DNA of 64,000 nt from Patescibacteria group bacterium. Its GTDB lineage: Bacteria; Patescibacteriota; Minisyncoccia; Phycocordibacterales; JACZSL01. Where the stretch lies: NCBI GenBank assembly GCA_022574205.1, contig JACZSL010000002.1, positions 11,965 through 75,964 on the forward strand, in the 5' to 3' direction. Positions 28,888 to 37,191 of the stretch are shown piece after piece. Each line of letters begins with the position of its first letter. Position 1 is the first letter of the stretch. The notes under the pieces are model-generated. The model was not told where the DNA came from. It did no database searches and saw only the letters and a list, made by a program, of their open reading frames with translations. A program made the translations under genes and the position numbers.

Positions 28888-29574
28888 CTAAGTTTGAAGT
28901 TGTGCTACTTTGGTATAATTACACACGCAAGGTGCCAGGTGACACGTATGGCAACCTTTGTAGAACATCTCTTCAAGCTCTCTTCCAATGTCGATGCTTA
29001 ATGAATTTGCGACACCGAAAAAACAAGACACATAGTCTGCAAGCTCCTCTTTAATTTCATCGAGCTGTTTTTGTTGATGCTGTCCTAGATAATTAAGAAT
29101 GGCTTCACTAACTTCGCCCATCTCTTCTGCTAAGTGTACGCCGGCATCAGCTGCTGTTCGTTGATCACTTTGGTAAATCTCGTCAAACATCTTTTGTATT
29201 TCTGGTATGCTGTTTGGTTTTTGCGATTTTCTAGATACTACCTTGTGTCGTTTTGTTACCTTGCTCTCTTTACATGAACATGGTTTTTTACCGCAATATG
29301 AGCATAGAGCAGGAAACCGTTTCCACACCACCTCTTCAAGATTAATATGAAGTCTGTTTACAGTAGCCATTTGCCATGCAAAAGCTATCATTAGATTCAG
29401 TTTTGTCTTTTTTAAATCTTCTTTTCGTATTCCCTTAAGAGCTCGCATAGTGAACCGTTGCTGGTGTGTTACAAGATCCCACACAGAATATAGACGGTCA
29501 TCAGGAAGCGTATACACTTCAGCAATGAGCTCTTGAAATTTACTTAAATTTTGATTTCTACGAAAGCTTGCCAT
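28888..29574 (-). CDS. MazG-like NTP pyrophosphohydrolase with Cys clusters
   Basis: HLAEEMGEVSEA..EELAD motif; two CxxCx3PCxC clusters; start moved to ATG 29574 because the longer ORF overlaps tRNA-Ser. Confidence 0.75.
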   Translation of the reverse strand: MASFRRNQNLSKFQELIAEVYTLPDDRLYSVWDLVTHQQRFTMRALKGIRKEDLKKTKLNLMIAFAWQMATVNRLHINLEEVVWKRFPALCSYCGKKPCSCKESKVTKRHKVVSRKSQKPNSIPEIQKMFDEIYQSDQRTAADAGVHLAEEMGEVSEAILNYLGQHQQKQLDEIKEELADYVSCFFGVANSLSIDIGRELEEMFYKGCHTCHLAPCVCNYTKVAQLQT

Positions 29575-29593
29575 GACGATAATAAAACGAATT

Positions 29594-29681
29594 TGGCGGT
29601 GAGGGTGGGATTCGAACCCACGGTACCTTTCGGTACGCTTGTTTTCAAGACAAGTCCGTTCGACCACTCCGGCACCTCACC
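29594..29681 (-). tRNA. tRNA-Ser(TGA), CCA encoded
   Basis: Long variable arm; CTTGT-CTTGAAA-ACAAG. Confidence 0.96.
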
Positions 29682-29791
29682 CTTTAACTGTGCTGTAATA
29701 CTACACAGTGCATGTTGTAAACGCAACATATTTTGATTATTTTGTGGTATCGGAATATCTGTGGAGATATCGAACTGATAAGCTACGTGTA

Positions 29792-29817
29792 CACGTCAGG
29801 ACGTACGTCCTGACGTG
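29792..29817. repeat. Perfect 26-bp palindrome CACGTCAGGACGTACGTCCTGACGTG (copy 1)
   Basis: Identical core at 36359-36384. Confidence 0.85.
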
Positions 29818-29885
29818 GGTGTCTTGCGTCACTAATCACACGTTTTTGTTCCGCAAAATTAACTCATTGCGCTATACTTATAGTA

Positions 29886-30347
29886 ATGGAAGATTCAATC
29901 ACGTGGGAAGCTCCCGAATTTGAATATTTGGAAAAACGCGCCGATTGGTACTGGATTTTAGGTATTGTCGCTGTTTTCGGTGTTATTCTTGCGATACTCC
30001 TTAAAAACTATTTATTTGCGATTTTAGTGCTTATAGGTGCTGGAACGATGACGCTGTATGCAAAAAAGCTACCTGAGACAGTGGAGTTTGCTGTTAGCAA
30101 GCATGGTGTGCAAGTAAATAAAGTACTGTATCCATATGGTTCGCTTGAATCATTTTGGATTAGCGAATTCAATGGTGAAGAGCCGAAGTTACTTTTGACA
30201 TCCAAAAAAATTCTTGCTCTTCAAATTATCATTCCTCTAGCCGATACGCCGCCAGAGGAGGTGCGTAATATGCTTCTACATCATGTTGAGGAGGTCGAGC
30301 AAGGTGAAAGCGTTGTCGAACATCTCTCTCGTTTTGTGAGGTTTTAA
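29886..30347 (+). CDS. Conserved hypothetical 2-TM protein typical of CPR
   Basis: ITWEAPEF..K..DWYW, two TM helices, PH-like C-terminus. Confidence 0.75.
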   Translation: MEDSITWEAPEFEYLEKRADWYWILGIVAVFGVILAILLKNYLFAILVLIGAGTMTLYAKKLPETVEFAVSKHGVQVNKVLYPYGSLESFWISEFNGEEPKLLLTSKKILALQIIIPLADTPPEEVRNMLLHHVEEVEQGESVVEHLSRFVRF

Positions 30348-30384
30348 AGCGCTTATATTATTGTTGTAGTGGTCTTGCGCTTAT

Positions 30385-30456
30385 GCCCTCATAGTTTAAT
30401 GGATAGAATACATCTTTGCGGAAGATGTGATCGAGGTTCGATTCCTCGTGAGGGCA
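30385..30456 (+). tRNA. tRNA-Arg(GCG)
   Basis: CATCT-TTGCGGA-AGATG anticodon arm. Confidence 0.95.
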
Positions 30457-30635
30457 CAAAATAAGAAACTGGCGCGCCGAAGGTGCGCTAGTTTCTTGTT
30501 TGCCCGGTAGGAATCGAACGACGGAGCCCCGCCACTGGTCCGAGGGGCAAGTCGTGTCCCGCGGCACTTAGTGAACGAGGAGCATGCGACGAAGTGAACT
30601 TAGTGACCGTCAGGACGATTCCTCGTGAGGGCACA
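30439..30635. mobile_element. Miniature tRNA-integrated element bounded by a 20-bp duplicated tRNA 3' end
   Basis: cgattcctcgtgagggcaca at 30439-30458 and 30616-30635. Confidence 0.75.
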
Positions 30636-30852
30636 TATGAAAAAAGCCAGCTTTGTGCTGGTTTTTTTCATGTGTAAACCACAAGGAGCCGTTCACACGG
30701 CTCCTTGTAAAAATAAAACACTACTTTGAGAAAACCCAGCCGAATGTTCGAGTTCTTACCTGAGACTATACCATTATTCTTGCCTGAACAGAGACTTGTT
30801 ATCAACAATGTGTCGTTTAGTGGCTTTTAAAAACAACATTATTTAGTGTCCT

Positions 30853-31116
30853 CTAGTTTTTTGTGTTCACCAAGCGGGCGAGGCGTGACTTTTTTCGTGA
30901 GGCGGTATTTTTCTTTATTAGACCGCGTTTTTTAGCTTTATCGATTGCTTTGTAGGCGTTTTTGAGGAGTTTCTCTGCCTCCTCTTTCTTTCCATCTTTT
31001 GTAAGTTTTAAAATTACCTTAACCTCACGCAGCATGGTGGTTTGTCTGCGCATATTAAAAACCCTCTTTCGTGAAGAGCTTCGATATGCTTTTTTTGCTC
31101 CAACTGTAACTGGCAT
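30853..31116 (-). CDS. rpsT: 30S ribosomal protein S20
   Basis: AKKAYR...N, AYKAIDKA.KRGLIKKNTASRKKSRL; start trimmed. Confidence 0.96.
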   Translation of the reverse strand: MPVTVGAKKAYRSSSRKRVFNMRRQTTMLREVKVILKLTKDGKKEEAEKLLKNAYKAIDKAKKRGLIKKNTASRKKSRLARLVNTKN

Positions 31117-31200
31117 GGAGACAATACTACCCCATCTTCTATAAAAAGGCAAAGAATATAGGTGCTTTGTGAGTACCTCCCTATGGGCTATTATTGATGT

Positions 31201-31779
31201 ATGATAGCTCACTTAAAAGGCAAGGTTATCGAACTCAAAGAGACTTCTGTTGTTGTGTCGGCAGGTGGTGTTGGTTATCGTGTTTTTATTTCACCACAAA
31301 CCTCCAAAAACATAGGTAAAATAAATGGGGGGGTTGTGTCGCTTTTTACTTATCTATTTATTCGGGAACACTCAATGGACCTTTATGGTTTTGTTAAACA
31401 GGAGGAAATTGACTTTTTTGAAATGCTTATCACCGTTTCGGGTGTAGGACCAAAATCCGCGCTTGGAATATTGGGTATAGCTGATGTTGTTACTATTAAA
31501 CGTGCCATTGTTTCTCGCGATACTACGTACTTAACAAAGGTATCTGGTATAGGAAAAAAGAGTGCGCAAAAAATTATTATTGAACTTGAAGAAAAAGTTA
31601 CTGCGCTTGGTGGGTCAATGCTCGGTGCTCAAAGTTCTGATGTAGATCTTATTGAAGCTCTTACGTCGCTTGGTTATACCTCAAAAGAAGCGCGCGACGC
31701 AATAAGCCTCATTCCACAAAAATTGGAGGGAACCAACGCTCGTCTAAAGGAAGCTCTAAAACGACTTGGGGGTAAATAG
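31201..31779 (+). CDS. ruvA: Holliday junction branch-migration protein RuvA
   Basis: MIAHLKG, GGVGY, VSGVGPKSA, GIGKKSAQKIIIEL. Confidence 0.97.
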   Translation: MIAHLKGKVIELKETSVVVSAGGVGYRVFISPQTSKNIGKINGGVVSLFTYLFIREHSMDLYGFVKQEEIDFFEMLITVSGVGPKSALGILGIADVVTIKRAIVSRDTTYLTKVSGIGKKSAQKIIIELEEKVTALGGSMLGAQSSDVDLIEALTSLGYTSKEARDAISLIPQKLEGTNARLKEALKRLGGK

Positions 31780-31894
31780 TGTCGTTACAATTACCGATAT
31801 AAATTAAAAATAACCGCACATGATTAAAAAACATCTATGTTGTAAAAGGCATATTATGAGACATTCCGGACTTATCATTAATTTGTAACGGCAC
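31779..31894. mobile_element. AT-rich MITE-like element between ruvA and murE
   Basis: Ends gtgtcgttacaatta / taatttgtaacggcac; related to 59406-59651. Confidence 0.5.
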
Positions 31895-31901
31895 AAGTAT
31901 T

Positions 31902-33173
31902 ATGGAAACTTTCTTTCGGCTCATTAAATTAGTTATTCCAAAACCAGTGCTTGGGATCATACAACCACCATACCATTTTCTTCTCGCGGTTATGGGTGTA
32001 GTTTTATATAAATTTCCATCAAGGAAAATCTATATTGTCGGCGTTACTGGTACAAAAGGAAAGACGAGCACAGTTGAACTCATAAATGCCATGCTTGAAG
32101 AGGCTGGTTTAAATACAGCTCTTGCAAACACTATACGATTTAAAATAGGGGATAAGGAGGAGCGTAACCTTTTTAAAATGACAATGCCTGGTCGTTTTTT
32201 TATGCAAAAGTTTTTGCGCGATGCGGTGGATGCGTGCTGTAGTCACGCAGTTATTGAAATGACTAGTGAGGGTGTGAAGCAGTTTCGACATAAGTTTATT
32301 GAACTCGACGCTCTTGTATTTACCAATATTTCACCAGAGCATATTGAATCGCACGGCACCTTTCAAAACTACGTTCAAGCCAAACTGAAGCTTAAAATAT
32401 TGCTTGAGAAATCATCAAAAAATAAAAAGACTATTGTCGCTAACATGGACGACAAGTTTGGTAAAAGTTTTCTGAACGCGCACGTTGAGCGCAAGGTTCC
32501 ATACTCTCTTCTTACTGCAGAGCCATACAATATTCGCATTGATGGTGTTGCGCTCACATTTCACGACGTATATATAAGCTCTCCGCTCAAAGGTCTTTTT
32601 TCAGTCTACAATATTATTGCGGCTGCTAGTTTTGCATGGACACGTGGTGTAAAAATTGAGCAGATTAAGCGTGCAGTAGAGAGCTTGGTGACAATTCCTG
32701 GGCGTGTTGAGCTGATTTACGAAGGGCAAGACTTTACCGCTGTTGTTGACTATGCGCACACTCCGGACTCACTTGAAAAAGTTTACAAAGCGTTTCCGGG
32801 GAGAAGGCTTGTTTGTGTTCTTGGGAATACAGGCGGTGGTAGAGATGTAAGGAAGCGTCCTCTGATGGGCAAACTTGCAGAGGAATACTGCGCAGAGACT
32901 ATATTAACTGATGAAGATCCCTACGATGAGGATCCTGTGAAAATTATCAATGATATGAAAAAAGGCTTTAAACATTATAAACCGATTGTAATTATGGACC
33001 GGAGACTTGCAATACGTGCTGCCCTCGAAAAAGCAAAAAAGAATGATGTTGTGCTTATAACAGGTAAGGGTACAGATCCATATATCATGCGAGCGCGTGG
33101 AAAAAAAGAAGTTTGGAGTGATGCGAATGTTGTGCGAGAGGAGTTAAATAGGATTAGCCCGAAGAAATATTAA
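31902..33173 (+). CDS. murE: UDP-MurNAc-tripeptide synthetase (MurE family)
   Basis: GVTGTKGKTST, FTNISPEHIESH, VDYAHTPD, LITGKG. Confidence 0.92.
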   Translation: METFFRLIKLVIPKPVLGIIQPPYHFLLAVMGVVLYKFPSRKIYIVGVTGTKGKTSTVELINAMLEEAGLNTALANTIRFKIGDKEERNLFKMTMPGRFFMQKFLRDAVDACCSHAVIEMTSEGVKQFRHKFIELDALVFTNISPEHIESHGTFQNYVQAKLKLKILLEKSSKNKKTIVANMDDKFGKSFLNAHVERKVPYSLLTAEPYNIRIDGVALTFHDVYISSPLKGLFSVYNIIAAASFAWTRGVKIEQIKRAVESLVTIPGRVELIYEGQDFTAVVDYAHTPDSLEKVYKAFPGRRLVCVLGNTGGGRDVRKRPLMGKLAEEYCAETILTDEDPYDEDPVKIINDMKKGFKHYKPIVIMDRRLAIRAALEKAKKNDVVLITGKGTDPYIMRARGKKEVWSDANVVREELNRISPKKY

Positions 33174-33211
33174 TACTTCACAAAAAGAGTAACGCACCGT
33201 ATCATAGCCAT

Positions 33212-34165
33212 ATGCAAAACAGTTCAATGAAAGACATAGCAATATTAATAGCTCTTATTATTGTTGTCATATTGTCTTGGATTACAGGGACAAATAAGGG
33301 GATTACGGGCCAGCCTACAATACCGGGTGTTTCCCTTGAGGTTACCAGTTCTAATACCTCTTTTTATGGAAGGACGTCGGCATCGAACGCATCAAACGAT
33401 ATAGAAGAAGCGGTTGTTATACGTACACAAACTGAAATTGATGCGGTAGAATATGCACTTCAGTCAATAGAGCTATTCAGTGAAAAATCTCCTTACGAGG
33501 GCATGGTGACTATAGACAAGAGGTCTTTGGGTCCCCGCAATACAACTCCAGAACAAGAATACATACGTTTTATAGCTTCAAGACAAAATTCACAGAAAAT
33601 TCCTATAAGCGGTTGGAGAATTGAGAGTGTAATTACTGGCCGCTCGCTTGCTATTCCTGAAGCGTCCTATCTTCCTAGGTCGGGAGTTGTAAACAATAAA
33701 CTTCCTGTGTGGTTAGAGCCTGGAGACACCGTAATCTTGAGTACGGGTCGTTCTCCTATAGGTGTATCGTTTAGAACTAATCTTTGTACGGGGTATTTTA
33801 CCCAGTTTCAAACATTTAATCCGCGTTTGGAGGAAAGGTGTCCAGATGCTGAAAATGAAATTCTCTTTTACACCGGAGATAGGAGTGTTTTAGTAGATAA
33901 TGCGTGTATGGATTTTGTTGAACGAATTGGTCGTTGTGATATAACAATAAAAGTGCCAATACTTCTTTCGTCCCTTTGCCACGATGCTATAGGGTTGGAA
34001 ATCAACTACAACAGTTGTGTGGATCACCACAAAGACAGCGCTTCTTTTGTTGGAAATGATTGGAGACTGTTTCTTAAGCGAGAGGAGGAGTTGTGGAGAT
34101 CAAAACGAGAATTATTAAAACTTGTTGATCAAAATGGTAAAGTGGTGGATGTATATTCATACTAA
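33212..34165 (+). CDS. Exported hypothetical protein (lamin-tail-like, Cys-containing)
   Basis: N-terminal TM; EYI..., ISGWRIES, L.D.NGKVVD.YSY. Confidence 0.65.
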   Translation: MQNSSMKDIAILIALIIVVILSWITGTNKGITGQPTIPGVSLEVTSSNTSFYGRTSASNASNDIEEAVVIRTQTEIDAVEYALQSIELFSEKSPYEGMVTIDKRSLGPRNTTPEQEYIRFIASRQNSQKIPISGWRIESVITGRSLAIPEASYLPRSGVVNNKLPVWLEPGDTVILSTGRSPIGVSFRTNLCTGYFTQFQTFNPRLEERCPDAENEILFYTGDRSVLVDNACMDFVERIGRCDITIKVPILLSSLCHDAIGLEINYNSCVDHHKDSASFVGNDWRLFLKREEELWRSKRELLKLVDQNGKVVDVYSY

Positions 34166-34641
34166 CGATCGAGGGCACGATATAAAATAATGCCGGCGGT
34201 TGTTGCGACATTGAGTGATTCTTTTTTTCCATGCATGGGTATAAAAATTGTATGGTCGCACCTCTCTAAAAGGGCTTGTGACAGGCCTCGAACTTCATTT
34301 CCAAATACAAAGGCTGCTTTCTTTGGTGTGTTAAATTTTTTGTAGTCAGTTGCGTCTTTTCCCTGTTCAACCGCAACTACGACGAAATTGTCTTTCTTTA
34401 AACGACGCAAAAGGTTTCCTATGTTGGAAATGTGTTCCCAAAAAACATTTTTTTCCGTGCCGAGTGCCGTTTTGTGAAGATCACTCCGTATGCGTCCAAA
34501 CCTGTCACGTGGCGTGGGTGAATATCCCGAAAGATATATCGTATCAATACCGATTGCGTCAGCGACTCTAAAAATGGCGCCGACATTCTGGACGCTCCTC
34601 ACGTTGTGGAGCACGATGTATGAAATATGTTTCTTTTTCAT
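34162..34641 (-). CDS. TrmH/SpoU-family RNA methyltransferase
   Basis: NVGAIFRVADA, FGNEVRGL, IPMHGKKESLNVA. Confidence 0.93.
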   Translation of the reverse strand: MKKKHISYIVLHNVRSVQNVGAIFRVADAIGIDTIYLSGYSPTPRDRFGRIRSDLHKTALGTEKNVFWEHISNIGNLLRRLKKDNFVVVAVEQGKDATDYKKFNTPKKAAFVFGNEVRGLSQALLERCDHTIFIPMHGKKESLNVATTAGIILYRALDR

Positions 34642-34760
34642 CCCGATAGTGTCAGGTCGCGATCATCGCCTACCTACTGTTTAGTGTTTATATCGTTGTG
34701 GTTTCGACTTTTTGTATTCATATTATATCTTTACCTCGTGACCGCGGACACTATTGGGAT
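34640..34760. mobile_element. MITE-like element C (ATCCCGATAGT ends)
   Basis: atcccgatagtgtc / gacactattgggat TIRs; its end overlaps the TrmH ATG. Confidence 0.7.
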
Positions 34761-34798
34761 TCATCCTATATTTATACGAAATATGCTACTATGACGCC

Positions 34799-35200
34799 AT
34801 GCTTAATGTTTTTCCGGAACTGCTTTTCTTGTCATTTTTTGCGCCGTTAGTGTTGCGTGCCGTTTTAGGTTTCGTATTGTTGTCATATAGTTTGAATCGT
34901 CTCTATAGGCGTAAGCGTGAGTTTGAAGGTCTTTTTCTAAATCATTTTCCCTTAAATGGGAAAACACTGTTGTTAGCGGTAGGTATTCTTGAACTTGTGT
35001 TTGGCTTGGGATTGATTGCTGGCCTCTACACACAAATAATTGCGCTTGGCGTTATTCTTCTCTCACTAACGGCCATTCTTGGTAAAAATCCCGTACTTTT
35101 ATTTAGGAGTAGTCGGCTCATCTACTTTTTTATGTTAGGAATTTCGATTTCACTTCTATTGTCAGGGGCAGGGGGTTTTGCGTTTGACCTTCCACTTTAA
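34799..35200 (+). CDS. DoxX-family membrane protein
   Basis: PLVLRAVLG, ELVFGLGLIAGLYTQ, GAGGFAFD. Confidence 0.82.
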   Translation: MLNVFPELLFLSFFAPLVLRAVLGFVLLSYSLNRLYRRKREFEGLFLNHFPLNGKTLLLAVGILELVFGLGLIAGLYTQIIALGVILLSLTAILGKNPVLLFRSSRLIYFFMLGISISLLLSGAGGFAFDLPL

Positions 35201-35207
35201 CGTTGCT

Positions 35208-36029
35208 TTACTGATAAGAAGCGATTGCTCTTTCTAGTATCTCCCTTTTTTCAAGATTCTGTTTCCATATACTATTCGAGCGGTTTCCGTTTATGCACAC
35301 GCCGGGAGAGAAATTGATTTCTTTTTGGAATTTTTGTAGATTCTCTTTTCCAACAATAACAACCTCATTTGGCTTTTGAATAGACGAGCCAATATCAAAA
35401 TCGAGAAGGAGTATTTTAATAGTTTCCAAAACGGAGGTGTCTTTTTGGTAGCCGCGCACTCTGCGTGATCTATTATTAAAATTCATACATCCTTCATCGT
35501 CAAAAAATGCTCTTAAAAATTCGCGCTTAAGATGTTTTGGAAATGTATTTACGTTTGAAAAAAGCTCCTGGGATTTCTTTTTTATATGAGCGGCAAGTGC
35601 AACATTAAAATAACTAATTCGGAGTACTCCTGTAGACTTATTACAATAACGAGTGGGTTCAAAGTCGTATATTTCTTTCATAATAGTCTCAACTCTTTTA
35701 ATCAAACTCGTGCTTCTATTATTATAAATACAGCCATGGGTGTTTATTTCTCCATCAAACAAAAAATGAGAAATGAGAAGTACCATGTTCGTATTCCATG
35801 TTGAGAATTCTTTAAAACTTCTTGAACTTTTTCCTTTCCGGTTTTCAGACATCCTAATAATCCTTGTGCGTGACGCGTCCTGGATCATTCTCAATTTTTG
35901 AGTGCTTAGAGGAATGTCGCGTATGTGAAAATAGACTGATGTTTTCGGTCGGCCTGTGATTTTAACAATCTCAGGTAGGGTGTGATCCTGACTTCGTAAG
36001 ACAACGCATTGCTGTTTAAAATTATTCAT
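35208..36029 (-). CDS. LAGLIDADG endonuclease-like protein with N-terminal HTH
   Basis: LPEIVKITGRPKTSVY HTH; LISHFLFDG and FLRAFFDDEG helices; ATG 1 nt after the tRNA-Lys 3' end. Confidence 0.82.
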   Translation of the reverse strand: MNNFKQQCVVLRSQDHTLPEIVKITGRPKTSVYFHIRDIPLSTQKLRMIQDASRTRIIRMSENRKGKSSRSFKEFSTWNTNMVLLISHFLFDGEINTHGCIYNNRSTSLIKRVETIMKEIYDFEPTRYCNKSTGVLRISYFNVALAAHIKKKSQELFSNVNTFPKHLKREFLRAFFDDEGCMNFNNRSRRVRGYQKDTSVLETIKILLLDFDIGSSIQKPNEVVIVGKENLQKFQKEINFSPGVCINGNRSNSIWKQNLEKREILERAIASYQ

Positions 36030-36030
36030 G

Positions 36031-36103
36031 TCCGCCCAGCAGGACTCGAACCTGCGACCTTGAAGTTAAAAGCTTCCTGCTCTACCAGCTGAGCTATGGG
36101 CGG
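36031..36103 (-). tRNA. tRNA-Lys(TTT)
   Basis: Cloverleaf; loop CTTTTAA. Confidence 0.94.
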
Positions 36104-36271
36104 ATGTATTATTATCGCACGAGCTACCAAGACAGCTATGGGCGGATGTATTATTATCGCACGAGCTACCAAGACAGCTATGGGCGGATGTATTATTATC
36201 GCACGAGCTACCAAGACAGCTATGGGCGGATGTATTGTTCGACTGTTATTTACCAAAACAGCTATGGGCGG
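36092..36271 (-). repeat. 42-bp tandem array (3 identical units, 1 diverged, 1 partial) of tRNA-Lys 5' end plus leader
   Basis: agctatgggcggatgtattattatcgcacgagctaccaagac starting at 36092, 36134, 36176; diverged at 36218; partial at 36260. Confidence 0.95.
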
Positions 36272-36353
36272 TTGCCTTTATATAGTAACATAGAGAGGTT
36301 CTACTTTCTAGTTTAAACTTACACGCAAACTTGCGCTAGTTATTATACACGCA

Positions 36354-36389
36354 AAACCCACGTCAGGACGTACGTCCTGACGTGGGTTT
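36354..36389. repeat. Perfect 36-bp palindrome (copy 2 of the CACGTCAGGACGT family)
   Basis: aaacccacgtcaggacgt|acgtcctgacgtgggttt. Confidence 0.85.
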
Positions 36390-36459
36390 CGTGAACTTTG
36401 CGCGCCCTCCCATAACTCAAGCAGCTGTTTGAGTTATGGAATATTTTAAAAAAATACTT

Positions 36460-37191
36460 TTATAGCCTCAGAATAAACATTTCTAGAGCATTATCTAGAG
36501 CGTGTTTCCCTCTACGAGCATCATGGTATAGCGAGACAAGGTGCGAGGAAAGTTGCTTTAGTTCTTCGGTAGAATATTTGCGTGCCCCTTGTTTTGCTTT
36601 CCGGTAAACAAATGGATTAAGCCCTGCCTCATCGGCTGTATTCGACATGTGGGCTAACAGCATTGTTTTTGTACCCCAGGTCAAAATACCGTGCATCTCT
36701 TCAGCGCTCGTATTATAAAGCTTTCCTTTCTGATATAAGATCCACAACATTTTTTTATTCCTTGCTACAAGTGCGTTGCTTAAATCAAAGATTTTAAACG
36801 GCTTAATGGATTTTTGGCTTTTTACACTCACATGCTCTTCTACTTTTTCAGCGTGTTTAGAAAACTTGCTTACGGTTTTTTTGTCGATCTTTCCTTCAAG
36901 GAAAATAAAAATATTGTCTGACTCAGATATTGCTTTGAGGTTATCTTCGATCTCCTCTTTAGCAACCTCGTTTTCTAACACAGTGTCATAAAGAATTATC
37001 AGCTTCGTTTCAAAAAGTCCCGCGCTTTTGGCCTTCTCTAGTATTTCTCCCTTTTCGAAATGCCAAGCGTCAACACGGAGCGCTGTGACATTTGGCTTTT
37101 TCTTTATTAAGATATCTAAAAGATGGTTTGCTTTCTTTCGCGCTTTTTCGCCGTTTGTACCATAAATGAGATAAATCATAATTTTATTCAC
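36460..37191 (-). CDS. holA: DNA polymerase III delta subunit-like
   Basis: IYLIYG, GLF, KIFDLSNAL, LNPFVYRK, LEMFIL. Confidence 0.75.
   Translation of the reverse strand: MNKIMIYLIYGTNGEKARKKANHLLDILIKKKPNVTALRVDAWHFEKGEILEKAKSAGLFETKLIILYDTVLENEVAKEEIEDNLKAISESDNIFIFLEGKIDKKTVSKFSKHAEKVEEHVSVKSQKSIKPFKIFDLSNALVARNKKMLWILYQKGKLYNTSAEEMHGILTWGTKTMLLAHMSNTADEAGLNPFVYRKAKQGARKYSTEELKQLSSHLVSLYHDARRGKHALDNALEMFILRL

Noticed and set aside
29575-29736. N-terminal extension of the MazG-like ORF and small ORFs here
   Set aside because: They overlap tRNA-Ser; the ATG at 29574 is more plausible
30358-30567. 69-aa minus-strand ORF
   Set aside because: Antisense to tRNA-Arg(GCG) and its trailer
36092-36271. 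CRISPR array
   Set aside because: Units are identical tandem copies with no unique spacers, derive from the tRNA 5' end, and no cas genes are present
36026-36316. Repeat-encoded ORFs (IHPPIAVLVARA..., MGGCIII..., MYYYRTS...)
   Set aside because: By-products of a 42-bp (3n) repeat overlapping tRNA-Lys
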